Assembly: GCA_951406725.2 (NCBI GenBank)
Contig: OX597816.1
Location: forward strand, 15,934,001 to 15,998,000
Length of the DNA: 64,000 nt
DNA from: Octopus vulgaris
Taxonomy: Eukaryota
Direction of reading: 5' to 3'
The translations under genes were made by a program, and so were the position numbers. Positions 1 to 13,743 of this stretch are shown piece by piece. Under the pieces are notes generated by a model. The model was given only the letters and a program-made list of their open reading frames with translations. It was not told where the DNA came from and did not search any database. Each line of letters starts with the position of its first letter. Within the stretch, counting starts at the first letter, position 1.

Positions 1-366
1 CCTTTCAGGGTCGATAAATTAAGTACCAGTTACCAGATGTAATTGACTTAATCTGTTTGTCTGTGCTTGTTTGTCCTCTCTGTGTTTAGCCCCTTGTGGG
101 TAGTAAAGAAATATGTGTTCAAGGAGAGGGAAAATACGTTGGTCATATTCAATAAATAAAATGCAATGTCTCTTTCCCTTTTTCTGTTTGTAAGAGTAAG
201 AGAATGAATGAGTGAGTGTGAATATGATTGTGTGTGTATATTTACCTCCAGCACCGAAAAGTAATGTTGCTAAAACAGATCGAATGTCCAGTCAGCTGTG
301 CAAGATCGGCTATGTCCAAGTAGCTGTGTGAAACTATGACGTTCCATTCCCAGAGTATAGTCTAAA

Positions 367-832
367 ACCCTTTTGTTACTGAATTTATTTTGAGATGCTT
401 TGTGTTTCTTTCAATTAATTTTAAATATAACAAAGAATTTAGTAAAATACCTTAGTTATCATTACGCTAGTGTTAGGAACATAAATTGTGACTATGGTCT
501 GGTGGAAGATTTTAATTCAAAACTTATGGAAACAAGACATTTGTACTCCAGAACCAGAGGCAGATTCTGCTCGGTTGGTATCAAAAGGATTAAGAATTGT
601 TTCTCTGTTATATATTTTAACACCTTTGTTACCATATTTCTGTTGAGGTGCTCTGTGTTTCTTTCAATTACTTTAAATATAACAAAGAATTTAGTAAAAC
701 AACTTAGTTATCATTAAGCTAGTGTTAGGAACATAAATTGTGACTTGGTGGAAGATTTTAATTCCAAACTTATGAAAACGAGACATTTGTACTCAGAGCC
801 TATTTCAGCTGGGTTGGTAATGAAAGGTTTAA
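367..832. mobile_element. Two adjacent degenerate copies of a ~220-bp piggyBac-like MITE
   Basis: Same internal sequence as the cleaner copies at 31244, 34152 and 61439, which have TTAA-CCC...GGG-TTAA ends. Confidence 0.6.
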
Positions 833-1410
833 ACGCTTATTTCAACCCCTGAGGAAAATTCAGTTGCTATATTGATCCCACATCAAAGGGTGGGTTTTTT
901 TCCTTTTCACTGGTCATTTTACTTTTTGTAAATTATATTAGTTAGTCTGATGAAGAGGAACAGCATTCTGTAACTGTTGCGGTTTCTTTCACTTAAAATG
1001 AAACAAGAATTTTAAACTGCTGATGTTAAATATCTTTGTGGAAAATATGGCATGAATGGTTCCAAGGCAGTGTTGGATTAACCCTGAAGCAAAATAAGCA
1101 TGGGAAGGTCGGCACCACATATATGGTAAATGGTTTTCAGCACAAAAGAAATCATATTAAACTTGCTAAAATAACACTTGGGATACCTTATTGCTACTGA
1201 GTACAGAAATAGATGTGTTACCTAAGATTAATTTTGAGGATCTGATCAAAGACTTTGTAATCAAAGAAATTACAAGAAAACTTTTTGAATCTAAATAAAG
1301 TGGAACTACACAAATATAAGCATTTTCTATCTTACTGTTAGTTTTGTTTCATTTTGGAAAATATAAATTTTATGGTTTATTATTGTTTATATTTTGTATC
1401 ACACACACAC

Positions 1411-1795
1411 ATATATAAAGCTGAAGTTGTCTGTGTGCGGCAGGTTTGATAGCCTTCAACTAACACTATCTCCTCCGAGACCCTGTGGTGCAAGTTGACC
1501 AAAATTGAGAATAAGATAGAAGAAGGCTTGCTCTTCCTTCCATAGAAGAAAAAATTCAAATCGGACCATGTTAACACCAAAAATTATTTACATCAAAAAG
1601 GTGCTTTTTTTCTATGAAAATCCCTAATTTTTACAATGTTTTGACTGCTGTGTCGCCATATTTTGGTGTATTTCAACCAGAAAAATGTTCACTTAAAGAG
1701 AGTAACAAGCTACATAATGCAAAATATTTACTTTTCAAAAATTCCAATTCTAAAGGGTTGAAACATACCCGAGCAATGCTGGGCAATACTGCTAG
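1411..1795 (+). mobile_element. Non-autonomous Helitron, subfamily 1
   Basis: Ends in a GC hairpin (cccgagcaatgctggg) then CTAG|T; near-identical to 25562-25936 and to the inverted copy at 3754-4147. Confidence 0.7.
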
Positions 1796-1807
1796 TATAT
1801 ATATAAA

Positions 1808-2038
1808 GGCGGCGAGCTGGCAGACACGTTAGCGCGCCGGGTGAAATGCTTAGCGGTATTTCGTCTGTCGTTACGTTCTGAGTTCAAATTCCGCCAAGGT
1901 CAACTTTGCCTTTCATCCTTTCGGGGTCGATAAATAAAGTACCAGTTTCGCACTGGGGGCGATATAATCGATTCAATCCCTTCGTCTGTCCTTGTTTGTC
2001 CCCTCTATGTTTAGCCCCTTGTGGGCAGTAAAGAAATA
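1808..2038 (+). mobile_element. tRNA-derived SINE family B (monomer)
   Basis: GGCGGCGAGCTGGCAG head, B box GAGTTCAAATTCC, central GCCTTTCATCCTTTCGGGGTCGATAAA domain (resembles the Meta/Sauria-type SINE core, from memory). Other copies near 1-110, 10725, 16190, 35690, 36402, 41021, 44212, 59816, 60662. Confidence 0.8.
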
Positions 2039-3183
2039 TATATATATATATGGGGATATTAAAATCTTTTAAGTGCTTAGGGCTTCTATGGATCTTAATA
2101 TGTTCTGTTTCAAGTGAGTATATTTCTAGAGAGAGATGGAAAAAATTTAAAGTTTGGTAGATTATGACCAAGTGAAGTTCATGAGAGTTATTGATAGTTC
2201 TACTGTAACAGTGTTTTGGATTTGGAACCATATTCTGAATGGAATGTAAGTTATTCTACTGAAATTTACCCAAGGCATACAGTCCTCATAGCCAAAGTTT
2301 TCTTGGAAATTTCATATTATGACCACTGGTTCTCAACCATTTTTTCTCTCCACCTTAGCACAGGCCGAGGTTTTGTTTTCAGTCATGTTAGTTTGACCAT
2401 GGACAAGATATCTCAAGAACCGCTGGGTGGATTTGAGTGAACCTTTCAGGGATGTTTGGCCCCATGACTGGTACAAACTGATTAGATTTTGGAATCAATC
2501 CAGTACTGAACAAGGATTCTAGATTATTTTTCCTGTTTTTTTTACTTAATTTTTGAGAGTGGCCGGATTCATTTTTAGTATTCTCATTTGTAAGAGTAGT
2601 CGAGTTTATTTCAGATATTCCATTTTAAAAATCCTCTCTGGCTAATCGTTGAGAGGACGTTGGTGTTGCCTTGGCAGAGGTTTGCACTCCCTGAGTGCTC
2701 TCATTTGCTAATGGATCCCTTTGGTTCCTATTTTACTTTGGCAGACCTCAACACCATTGCCATTCAAAGGTAAAAAAATTCTGTGATATTTTTATAATAA
2801 AATATAAGGAATTGCATAAACAAAACTGTTTAAATATTTTGTGTACTGTAGAAATATAACTGATTTATTGCACATAAGTTTTAACAACAAAATCTTATAT
2901 GGACCCATAAGGGTCAGATTATTGATACAATTGAAACTACATTCATTCTTCCACTTCAATCCAAACTGCAACATTGAACTTCTGTTGTGTGTAGCCAACA
3001 CAATAACTGACTAAAAGATTAGAAAGTTGGGTAAGTCTAGAGAAGTTAAAACAGAAGACATAGGAAAGGTACAACATAGCTGTGGCACTTCTGGTTGTGG
3101 TGTATGAGAGAGTGAAGTCTAAGGAACCAGATTATTACTTAGGATAAAGTCTAATGTTACTCAACCACAGATCAGCTCTGAAT

Positions 3184-3638
3184 CCCTGGGCATGGATACA
3201 TTGAAACTCCGACATCTGGCAGCTGACTTGGCAGACACCCATAAAATTATTAACCATCTTACAAGCAATAACTCTGAGCACCTTTTCAAACTCCATCTGT
3301 CTAACACCCGTGGACATGTTTACAAAGTCAGAAAACAGCACAGCTCCTATGACTTTTGGAAACATTTTTTCATGCTAAGAGTTGCTGAAGCATGGAACAA
3401 ATTGCTGGCATCAGTTGTTAGTTGTCGGAGCACTGCATCCTTCAAAACTTCCATGCTTCCTGAGATTCGCCAACACTACACCTGATTTTCTCCCCTCCAT
3501 ACACATATAAGCATGTACCTGACTCATACACTGTTCACTTCCCAGACATTTGTACATTACCGCAGATGCTTTATACACACTTTTGACAAGTTGTGGTGCA
3601 CCTGAGCACTGTATACAATAATTTCATTATATTATATT
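3184..3638 (+). mobile_element. 5'-truncated CR1-like LINE (RT C-terminus plus 3' UTR)
   Basis: ORF 3192-3485 has LRxLAADL..THKI..TRGH..K..FF.LRV.EAWNKL..VV..S..FK, typical of the CR1-clade ORF2 C-terminus; ATT-type tail; flanked by a 40-bp direct repeat. Confidence 0.85.
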
Positions 3639-3753
3639 ATAAAGTCTAATGTTACTCAACCACAGATCAGCTCTGAATTAGTGGATCTACAAATAAAAGC
3701 ATTTCAACTTTGACCATTCTGATATTTTTAGCATATCTAGGATTATATTATTA

Positions 3754-4147
3754 CTAGCAGTATCGCCCAGTGTTGCTCGGGTTTGTTTCTGCCCTTTAGA
3801 ATTGGAATTTTTTAAAAGTAAAAATTTCGCATTATGTAGTTTGTTATTCTCTTTAAGTGAACATTTTTCTGGTTGAAATACACCGAAAAAATGGCAACAC
3901 AGCAGTAAAACAAATCATAAAATATAAGGATTTTCATAGAAAAAAACCACCTTTTTGATGTAAACGATTTTTTATCTTAACATAGTCCGATTTGAATTTT
4001 TTCTTCTACAGAATGAAGAGCAAACCTTCTTCTATCATTCTCTCAATTTTGGTTAACTTGTGCCACAGGGTCTCGGAGGAGATAGTGTTAGTTGAAGGCT
4101 ACCAAACCTGCCATACACAGACAACTTCAGCTTTATATGTAGAGAGA
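3754..4147 (-). mobile_element. Non-autonomous Helitron, subfamily 1
   Basis: Reverse complement of 1411-1795; CTAG terminus at 3754-3757. Confidence 0.7.
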
Positions 4148-4784
4148 TTTAATGTATTCCATCTTTTAAAACAACAGTGTGTGACTTGAGTGAGATTTGG
4201 TTGCTATATCTAGCACACTGAGCAATCACAGAGCTCCTATTTTGGTTTCAGAGGGTTTGTATGTATGGGAATGCACAAGAGTTTGACAAACAGCTGTATT
4301 GTCCTTTGTCACTGGGTTTCAGTTCACCATTTCACCTTCAGATATAGATTTATGACAAATTCTTAATTGAGTAAAAAGTCTACAAACTTATAAAAAATGA
4401 AAATACTTTGAACAGATTAACATAACCTTCATCCCTCCACCCTACCCTACCCTGCCACTACAGATAAAACCGATAAATCTGGATAAAGTTCAAACTCATA
4501 ACCAAATTATTGGATGAACACAAAATACGCTGTGAATAAATTCAGTGGTCATGTGGTAAAAAGTTTGCTTCCTAACCACATAGTTCTGGGTTCTGTTCCA
4601 TCGCATGGCACCTTTGGCACATGTCTATTATATCCTCAAGCTGGCCAAAGCCTTCTGAGTGAATTTACTAGACAGAAACTGAGAGAAATATGTTGTGTAT
4701 GTGTGGATGTGTGTATATTGTACAATAATCCCTTGCCATATAATGGTTCCCCTATCGTGCTTTATTATTTAAGCTTATGTGAAG

Positions 4785-5535
4785 GTGGCAAGCTGGCAGA
4801 AATGTTAGCACACCGGGAGAAATGCTTAGCCGTATTTTGTCTGCCGTTACATTTTGAGTTCAAATTCTGCCAAGGTCAACTTTGCCATTCATCCTTTCAG
4901 GGTCGATAAATTAAGTACCAGTTATGCACTGAGGTCAATGTAATCGACTTAATCCCTTTGTCTGTTCTTGTTTGTCCCCTCTATGTTTAGCCCCTTGTGG
5001 GTAGTAAAGAAATAGGTATTTCGTCTGCCGCTATGTTCTGAGTTCAAATTCCGCCAAGGTCGACTTTGCCTTTCATCCTTTCGGGATCGATAAATTAAGG
5101 ACCAGTTACGCACTGGGGTTGATATAATCAACTTAATCTGTTTGTCTGTCCTTGTTTGTCCTCTCTGTGTTTAGCCCCTTGTGGGTAGTAAAGAAATAGG
5201 TATTTCATCTGCCGCTACGTTCTGAATTCAAATTCCGCCGAGGTCGACTTTGCCTTTCATCCTTTCGGGGTCGATTAAATAAGTACCAGTTACGCACTTG
5301 GGTCGATATAATCGACTTAATCCATTTGTCTGTCCTTGTTTGTCCTCTCTGTGATTAGCTCCTTGTGGGGAGTAAAGAAATAGGTATTTTGTTCGCCATT
5401 AAGTTCTGAGTTCAAATTCCGCTGAGGTCGACTTTGCCTTTCATCCTTTCGGGATCAATAAATTAAGGACCAGTTATGCACTGGGGTCGATATAATCGAC
5501 TTAATCCATTTGTCTGTCCTCGTTTGTCCTCTCTC
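4785..5535 (+). mobile_element. SINE family B tandem tetramer (one head plus ~185-bp body repeated about 4 times)
   Basis: Junction AAAGAAATA|GGTATTT repeats at about 5013, 5198 and 5382. Confidence 0.85.
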
Positions 5536-5904
5536 AAACAGAAAGAAAGCAGACTGAAGATTTTTAGCCGATGAATATTTAAGGATAAATATATAGATAT
5601 TTATATATTAAAAAATGAATGTTACACAGAGTGTAAGACGACAGAGAAAATTAAAGAGGAAGAAGTATGGAGTTGTAAGTTCAACAGCTGTTTCTGAGTG
5701 CTCAGAGATCTCTGAGCTCTTTGATTTATAATGCTTTACTTCTTCCACTTCTGTTGTTTTTTACTCTGTGTAAGTTTGATCTATCAATATATAAATATTT
5801 ATATATTCATACTTAAGTATTCATTGTCTGGAAATCTTCAGTTTTTGTTTTGCTTACACATACACACACACACACAAACATACATGCACATAAACACACT
5901 TATA

Positions 5905-6123
5905 TACTCTTTTACTTGTTTCAGTCATTTGACTGCGGCCATGCTGGAGCACCGCCTTTAGTCGAGCAAATCGACCCAAGGACTTATTCTTCGTGTAAGC
6001 CTAGTACTTATTTTATCGGTCTCTTTTGCCGAACCGCTAAGTTACGGGGGCGTAAACACACCAGCATCGGTTATCAAGCGATGTTGAGGGGACAAACACA
6101 GACACACAAACATATACACACAC

Positions 6124-6196
<73 letters not shown>

Positions 6197-6353
6197 AATA
6201 CGACGGGCTTCTTTCAGTTTCCGTCAACCAAATCCACTCACAAGGCTTTGGTCGGCCCGATGCTATAGTAGAAGACACTTGCCCAAGGTGCCACTCAGTG
6301 GGACTGAACCCGGAACCATAGCAAACTACTTACCACACAGCCACTCCTGCGCC
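5905..6353 (-). mobile_element. tRNA-derived SINE family A (CORE-like) with internal (CA)/(TA) microsatellite
   Basis: On -: AGGCGCAGGAGTGGCTGTGTGG A box, GGTTCAGTCCC B box, ACCTTGGGCAAGT CORE-like block, (AAAGAGT)n tail. Further copies near 7263(-), 14735(-), 17112(-), 21198(-), 21997(-), 26320(+), 27581(-), 29307(+), 30275(-), 47395(-), 48106(-), 54207(+), 56995(-). Confidence 0.85.
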
Positions 6354-9173
6354 TATTGTATATCAAACCCAAGCTGTTATATTTAATTTGTTTATCTGCG
6401 TAATTGCCCCTCTTCCATATAGCACACACACACAATTGATTTCCTCCAGTTTCCGTCAGTCAAATTCACTTTTAGATGGATGGCTCTACCGGTCTGCTAT
6501 ATCAACATGTATAGGAGGCAGGAGGGAGGAAATTAAAAGGCAACCCCGAGTGGCACACACTAGCTGTGTCACGTATTCTTAAGTTACTGCATTCCACCAC
6601 AACGCCTCTACACATCCACCAATTATTTAGTTGTAGGTCCCTGTCGTTGCTTAGACCACAGGTCTGATTGAACAGATATTATATCAAAGACCTTCTAGCT
6701 GTAACCATCACCTCCTTTTCTTTTTCCTGACTCTAGGTTGACATTACCCAAAGTGCACTTCATTTGTTTGAGACTATGGGATGCAATTTGCAGGGAGTCT
6801 GACTGCTATTTCTAGCAAGGCGAATGATTATGCAGAGGCTTCCTCGTTGGCCTGTTCTGTCTGTATGTTTGAAGGCCTTGGCGATGACGACAGCACAGAC
6901 CGGTTGGGCGAATTGGTAGAAATCCTACAGCAGTTGGTATTTTCCTACCTACGTGCTTTCTGTCACAGTTTTCGAGGACTAAATCGAGGTTTGACATTGG
7001 CTGCTAATTTGTATGCGTTCGTGTATCACACGAGAGATGTGAATGAGGACACGTATTGGTGCAGAGAGTACAGAACGACAACGTGCTCGGTTCGTGATTG
7101 GGTCAAGTGCAAAGGGAACAACACCTAATGCGTATGTTAAGCATAACTGAATATTCATGACAGATTTGTGTTAACCAGAATACAGTAACATGCCGGTAGC
7201 GCCTTCGAACTCGTGCACATTTATTTATCTGATCAACCCAGTTACTTCGTCTGTAAAATGCATACTCTCTTTTTCTTGTTTCAGTCATTTGACTGCGGCC
7301 ATGCTGGAGCACCGCCTTTAGTCGAGCAAATCGACCCCGGGACTTATTCTTTGTAAGCCCAGTACTTATTCTATCGGTCTTCTTTTGCCGAACCGCTAAG
7401 TGACGGCGACGTAAACATACCAGCATCGGTTGTCAAGCAATGCTAGGGGGACAAACACACACACATACACATATATACATACATATACATATATCCGACA
7501 GGCTTCTTTCAGTTTCCGTCTACCAAATCCACTCACAAGGCATTGGTCAGCCCGGGGCTATAGCAGAAGACACTTGCCCAAGATGCCACGCAGTGGGACT
7601 GAACCCGGAGCCATGTGGTTGGTTAGCAAGCTACTTACCACACAGCCACTCCTTTGCATGATTAGCTTTCGTTAATAAATACTTTCAAAAAAGCAGGATG
7701 AATGGATATTTTTTTTTCTTTTCTTCCTTTCAGTAATCAATAGCAGTATTTGGTGACGATACGAACATTTGAAGGGTGGAATATAGTAAGAAACGAGAAA
7801 ACACCGGCCGAATTTATCTTTTCCGATAAGGGGTTCCGTCTGGAACGCGACTGAGATTCTGTTTTACTAAAATACTACATAACATTACGGAGACCAGTGA
7901 TTTTCAAATTTTTTTTTTCCGGCTCACTGAATAAGAATAAGTGTCACGGATCATCTCCGAATTTTTTATAAAAGTGTCTCTCTCTCATACACACACACTC
8001 AGAAGTTGACATTTGTGTTCCATGTTCAAATTCGGCCGACCTTCATCCAACCTTATGATCGATAAAGTAAACTACCTGTCAAGAATTAAGGTCAATTTAA
8101 TCGACCTTCCCCTTCCTCAAAAACTGACCTTGTGCCCATATTTAGAAATTGCATGCACGCACACTTAGAACCCCGAGTATTAAAATTCTTTTAAAACAAA
8201 TAAATAATAAGATTGCATTTTGTTGTAAGTACATACGCACCGATGTAGGGCATTAAAGATAAGTTATCCAAATAACATGGTAGTTTTTTCACCTTGCCTT
8301 AAAAACACACGGCACATCTGTGGATTCTTACATGACACATGAGTGTGCCGCATCACAGAGATATGAGGTCAGAGTTCAAATCCAATGTCATTGATTTTCC
8401 TTTTTATTTGCGTGTGAAGGGGATTGTGGTTTGACCCTAGGCCGAACCTGAACGAGTAGACCTATCGGAGGCTTTTTCCAGTCGTCTATTTTTCAGCCAC
8501 GATATCCAGGATTCCTTTAATTTTGAAGACGGTAAGGGTGCGATTTGAGAGATTTAGCTGCTACTTTTAGCAAATCGAACGACTACAAAAATGCAAACCC
8601 CCTCCTCATACTCGAGTAGATTCCATCAGCTGTGCACGCACGCACACGCACATACAAACACACAAAAGCCCACCTATTGAAACATTCAGCCAAATACCTT
8701 GTGATTAATCAAAATAAATCGATGAATCTAAAGAGAAATTATAAGAATTTACGGTTTTGTATCATAGTTTTCCGTACATAGAAAACGCCCCCATCAAAAC
8801 CTACTCCTACTGCCCCATCCTTCAGACAATTCTTTTCTTTTCCCCTTTCCTTTCACTCTACGATCAATGAACGAAGTGGTTCTGTTTTGCCTTTTCCTCC
8901 CTCCCGGCCGCATATGTAGGTCAGTCACATACAGAATAGAATTAGTTTTAATCTCGTTCCAAAAGGGTGAATAAAGTGACAAACACAATTTATCGATGTA
9001 TATATATATGTATGTATATTTATAAGCATTGTCTTCGTTTAATAAGATGTCAAGCTTCTCTCATTACAAAGGTTAAAGTACAAGCAAGTGGTGGAAGAGT
9101 CTGTATCAGGTGGCTCACATTCAGCGCACACCACCATACACACACCCTCTTCTCACACACATACATATACATA

Positions 9174-9204
9174 TATAAACAAGCGGTCGGTCGCAACTGC
9201 AGTC
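9174..9204 (+). promoter_or_regulatory. Candidate USP core promoter (TATAAA plus Inr-like GCAGTC)
   Basis: TATAAA at 9174-9179, GCAGTC about 25-27 nt downstream, about 90 nt before the ATG; the TATA sits in a TA-rich tract so it may be chance. Confidence 0.3.
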
Positions 9205-9291
9205 GTTTAGAAAGCTTACTTTAAGAATAATTGGTTCTGCAGAAGGGGAAAGCAAAAAAAAAAAAAACAAAAACAGAATTTGTTTATAACC

Positions 9292-9364
9292 ATGTCGTCG
9301 TCCGAAGGTAGAACCGTTGTTATTGGAATGGATGGTAGCGAATATTCGGAATATGCATTCAACT
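9292..9364 (+). CDS. Universal stress protein (USP/UspA-like), exon 1 of 4
   Basis: ACCATG start; MSSSEGRTVVIGMDGSEYSEYAFN(W) is the USP beta1-DGS-alpha1 motif; donor T|gtaagt, phase 1. Confidence 0.9.
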
Positions 9365-12300
9365 GTAAGTTTGCACACCACAGTTCTTTAAATTACTTTT
9401 TTTTAATAAAATATATTTACCATTTTTGATTATTACTAATAAACAACCGATCGCTGTTCATCATAGTTGTAGGAGTAGCAGCACACCAAAATTATTTGGC
9501 ATCGAGGAGAGACACCTAAAACCACTTAATATCAATTACCAAAAACAAAGTGGAAAAATAATGTTTTTAGTTGTATTTCTAATATGTTTACTTCTATATT
9601 GACTAAATTCAACATTTTTTTTTGGTGGATTTTTGGCACGTTGAGCAATAACATTTATATACGTGTACGCAAGTGTAGTATTTGTTTTCTTATTATTATC
9701 GTTATGCGGATGTTATTTTCCAACGACTTCGCCACAAACACACAGACACATAGAAAAAGGAAATCCTAAAATAACTCGATATTTCAGTAAAATGTCTAAT
9801 TGTTGATTGGAATTTACAGAAATTTATTCCTTTAAGCTCTCTCCCTGCATTTTTCTGGAAAGACCTCTATTCCGTAATGTGGGGTTTCTGTATTTCTGTC
9901 CTGTTATATTCATACACACAGCCAAACATATGCTATAATGCAGTCAGACAAGCTTTATACTCGTTTATTTCAATGTAGTCCTATTTATTTTAACTGTCAT
10001 TTAAAAAAAAAATTTCGACACGAAATGAGAATGATTTATTAACCATCTTAAAATAAAGATTAACAGATACAGTTTTTAACATTATCGATAAATTCTCTAC
10101 GTTTATCAATAAATCACGCACTCCCGCATAGCTTTTATATTTCTCTTGTGAACTAAGCTTGGTGGGGTGGGTCTCACATTCCCTTTATTATCCAACAGTT
10201 TGCCCCACGTGGGCCCTGAATGAGCAGACTTACGATCAAAGTCATTCTAGCCGTGACTAACCCGCCTGTATTTCAAGTGGTGCATCGACATCCATTCGGC
10301 TTTGCGCTGGCCCTCACCGTCCTAATCTTAACAGTTTGTTTGGATGTGTGTAAACGTGTGTGTTGTGGGTGTGTGTAAATAATCATCCAAAGTATCTAGC
10401 TGTGTCATCTAATGTGCATTATATTAAGGTGTAATTCGAGGGATATTTTTGGCTGCTATTTCTAGCAGATTGCAAGGTCACAAATTTATCACCGTTAGTA
10501 ATTGCAAGTGTGTATGTGTGTGTGTGTGTATAGACAAATAGACAAACAGATAGTAACTGAGTGGAGAGGGTGATGAGGACGGTCCGCCACAGGCGACACT
10601 ATGACACCAGTACTTCTGGGTCTGCTGTACAAGTTTGTACAGACAGGCGAAGGACGGCCTCAGCGGTATGCTCTAGTTGTGTGCCTTATACTATATACGC
10701 AGGGAAATGTAACGGTGAAACAGTACGTTCTGAGTTCAAATTCCGCCGAGGTCGACTTTACCTTTCATCCTTTCGGGGTCGATAAATTAAGTACCAGTTC
10801 ACTGGGGTCAATGTAATCGACTTAATCCGTTTGTCTGTCCTTGTTTGTCCCCTCTGTGTTTAGCCCCTTGTGGGTAGTAAAGAAATATATATATATATAC
10901 ATACACACACACAGAAAAGAGAGATAGAGGTCGGGAGGAATCGGTCAAGTTCCTCCGTAGTTCTCCCGTCGTTGTGTCTGCGCGTATTATGCAAATCAAT
11001 ATTCTACCCGGTAAATATTGATAAATGCTTTAAGAGTACATTTCATATACGTCTAAGACAAACAAAAGCAAACATTCGGGTTCCCATATGAAAACCTAAT
11101 CCCCTTTTTAGGTTTTGAAATCTTAGAAGCTGCTCAGCAGTTATTTTACACGTAAGCAGCCACTCATTTTTATAGTAAATTCATTTATCTTTTGTTTGTT
11201 CAAGTCATTGGACTGCAATCATACTAAGGTACTACTTTGAAGGGTTTTAATCGACACGTCACCCAGTACTTATGTTTTGTTTTTAATTTTTATCTGATAC
11301 TTATTCTGTTGGCTTCTTTCGCTGAACCACCGAGTTGCGGGACGTAAACAGACCAACACCAATTACCAAGCGGTGAGGGTGAACATGCACACACACACAC
11401 ACGATGGTCTTTCAAACATTTTCCGTCGGAAAGACTTCCGCCCGTTCCCCCTTAGTCAGTTCGGGACAATAGGAAAGACACTTGCCTACCGTGCCGCGTA
11501 GTGGGACTGAATTCAGAGCCATGTGGTTGCAAAGCAAGTTTCTTATCCACAGAGCCATCCATGCCTGTGCACTGGTCATGTTCTGTAACTAATTAGGGAC
11601 AAAATCGGAGTAACATGTTGGGATTTAGAGAAAGCCCCATCCCTCATTGGGATACAGTTAAATTTTAAGCAAATAAACAATTGTCAAAGGGAAGATCCTA
11701 TTAACATTAAATGGCCCGCAGGAAAAGAGGTGCACTGGACCCCAGTTGCACATGTATGTAGCATAGATTATCGTTGGGCTCCTAGATAGTGGGGGCCCCA
11801 AGGTAACTATTTGATGTGTCCATACAGAGAGACGGTACTGCTCAAAGGCTGGTGTCTGCAACAGGTGGGCCTTGGCCAACAAGTTGGCCACAGATTTTCC
11901 CAAAAATAAATTTCTTACTTTATGTATTTGTGGGTCATTGAGGGGTTGATGGCTTTTAGATAGTCTTTTGTACCACGATTAAATTTTTGCTTCGATAAGC
12001 ATTTTCTGTCATGAAAATGGCTGGGTGGGTTATGGAGTGGTGGAATATTTTTTAAAAAAAACAATAATAATAAAAGAGGGCTTCTGCAAAAAAGTTGGTG
12101 ATCCATGACAGGGTCACCGAAACATTATTTTAAGTTTCCGAGCAAAGTAACGTAGCTCCTATATATATACATTACAGATTAGCATTTGGGACCCATATCC
12201 ATGAAGTCCCCGAGTAACTTCTGAGTATACCCATTCTTTATGGTGGCACTGACCTCTAAGTCTATAAAATATGAACGCAACGTCCCAAATCACGTCGTTC

Positions 12301-13320
12301 TGTAGACAGTAGAAGATGCCAAATTCAGAATTTTTTCTTTATGTCTTTCTCTTGTAGTTTGTGATTAAATTTTAAAGGGGTGGAGGAATAACAAATATGA
12401 GTACCGGTAATATAATAGGGGTCAGTTCAAATGTTTCTATACTTTGTGCCTGCATAGTCTTAGAATTTTCATCGACATCCATGTATCTCTCAGGACGAAG
12501 GATTTGTGTACATGGAAAGTTCTGAATCTGTCTGTGTTAGTAGTATACGGTGAAGCGACATTGGAGTGCCCTCTCTCCAGTACAGGCCAACGTAAAGTCG
12601 TATGGAAAATAGCAGTTTCCCATGTGACAGGTCTCTCCTTAAAATGGCAACCGATGTTGAACAAGGGACGATTATAGTTTGGCCCCAGTGACGTCAGAAC
12701 GAAGTTGATGGCAGCGTCGGACTCCCCAACGGATTCTGGACTTGTAGTTGATTAAATAGGTATCAGTGTTATCTTTATCGATTTCGAGAGGATGAAAGCC
12801 AATGTCAACTTCGGAGGGATCCGAATGCAGAACATAACGAGTCGGAATAAATACTTTAATGTTCTTCATCCGAGGTTCTGACAATTCTACCATTTGGTCG
12901 TTCATGTCAAAATATGGAATCATTATTAATGATTTCTATTGGAAACGCTGCAACAAATTTGAAAAGAGTCAGTCAGCCAGTCAGTCGATAGTATCGACTC
13001 TAGTACATTCTTAGTGCTGATTTTTATCGATCACAATGGCATGAAAGACAACATCGACTCTTGGGCGAATGGCTGGCTGCTCAGTGGAATTATCCAATTG
13101 ATGGGTTGGGAATTAATATAAATAGTAAAACTCCGGAGTATTGTTCCTCTACGTCGGTGTTTCTTCACAATGTATATCTTCTCCCCTTCAACAAATCACG
13201 GCTAACCTCTCTTCATAAGATAAACAGCAGTCCTGTGCGCCAGCATACATTCATAACGGTGTATTTAACATGATATATTTAGTAAATTATTAAAAACATT
13301 AATTATCATAAAGAATTTTT

Positions 13321-13743
13321 GGATCTTTTCGGTTTGACCGGCAGTTTTTTAAAATAATTTCCACGTAACTAAACACTTTTAAACTTCGTATACTGGTAGA
13401 ATGTGTTTATAAAACATCTTTTTCTCTTGGCTTTATTGAGAAAATTCTATAGTTTGTAAGATATTTGTTGTTTTTTTCCTTCAATTTCTGCAATTTCAAC
13501 CAATCAATGACATCTATTGAGGTGAAAACATTCTGTGCCGTATGAAAATGTCCCCCGTTTAAGAAACAGATTGGGTTTATTTACATTTCTGAAGAAAAAA
13601 AGATACCCTTTACCCCACCCCTAACCCTAACTCTAACCCTAAAATAGATTGAAATGCAATAGATCGATACAAGGGTCATAATTATGGGTGACAATTTCAT
13701 ATGACACCGCTAGAAAAAACTGCCGTTCAAACCGAAAAGATCC
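13321..13743. mobile_element. MITE with ~30-bp TIRs and 8-bp TSD (hAT/MULE-like)
   Basis: GGATCTTTTCGGTTTGACCGGCAGTTTTTT ... AAAAAACTGCCGTTCAAACCGAAAAGATCC; GAATTTTT on both flanks; internal (TAACCC)n. Confidence 0.8.

Noticed and set aside
945-985. CTGATGA hammerhead at about 947
   Set aside because: No GAAA or pairing stems follow; at most a decayed remnant
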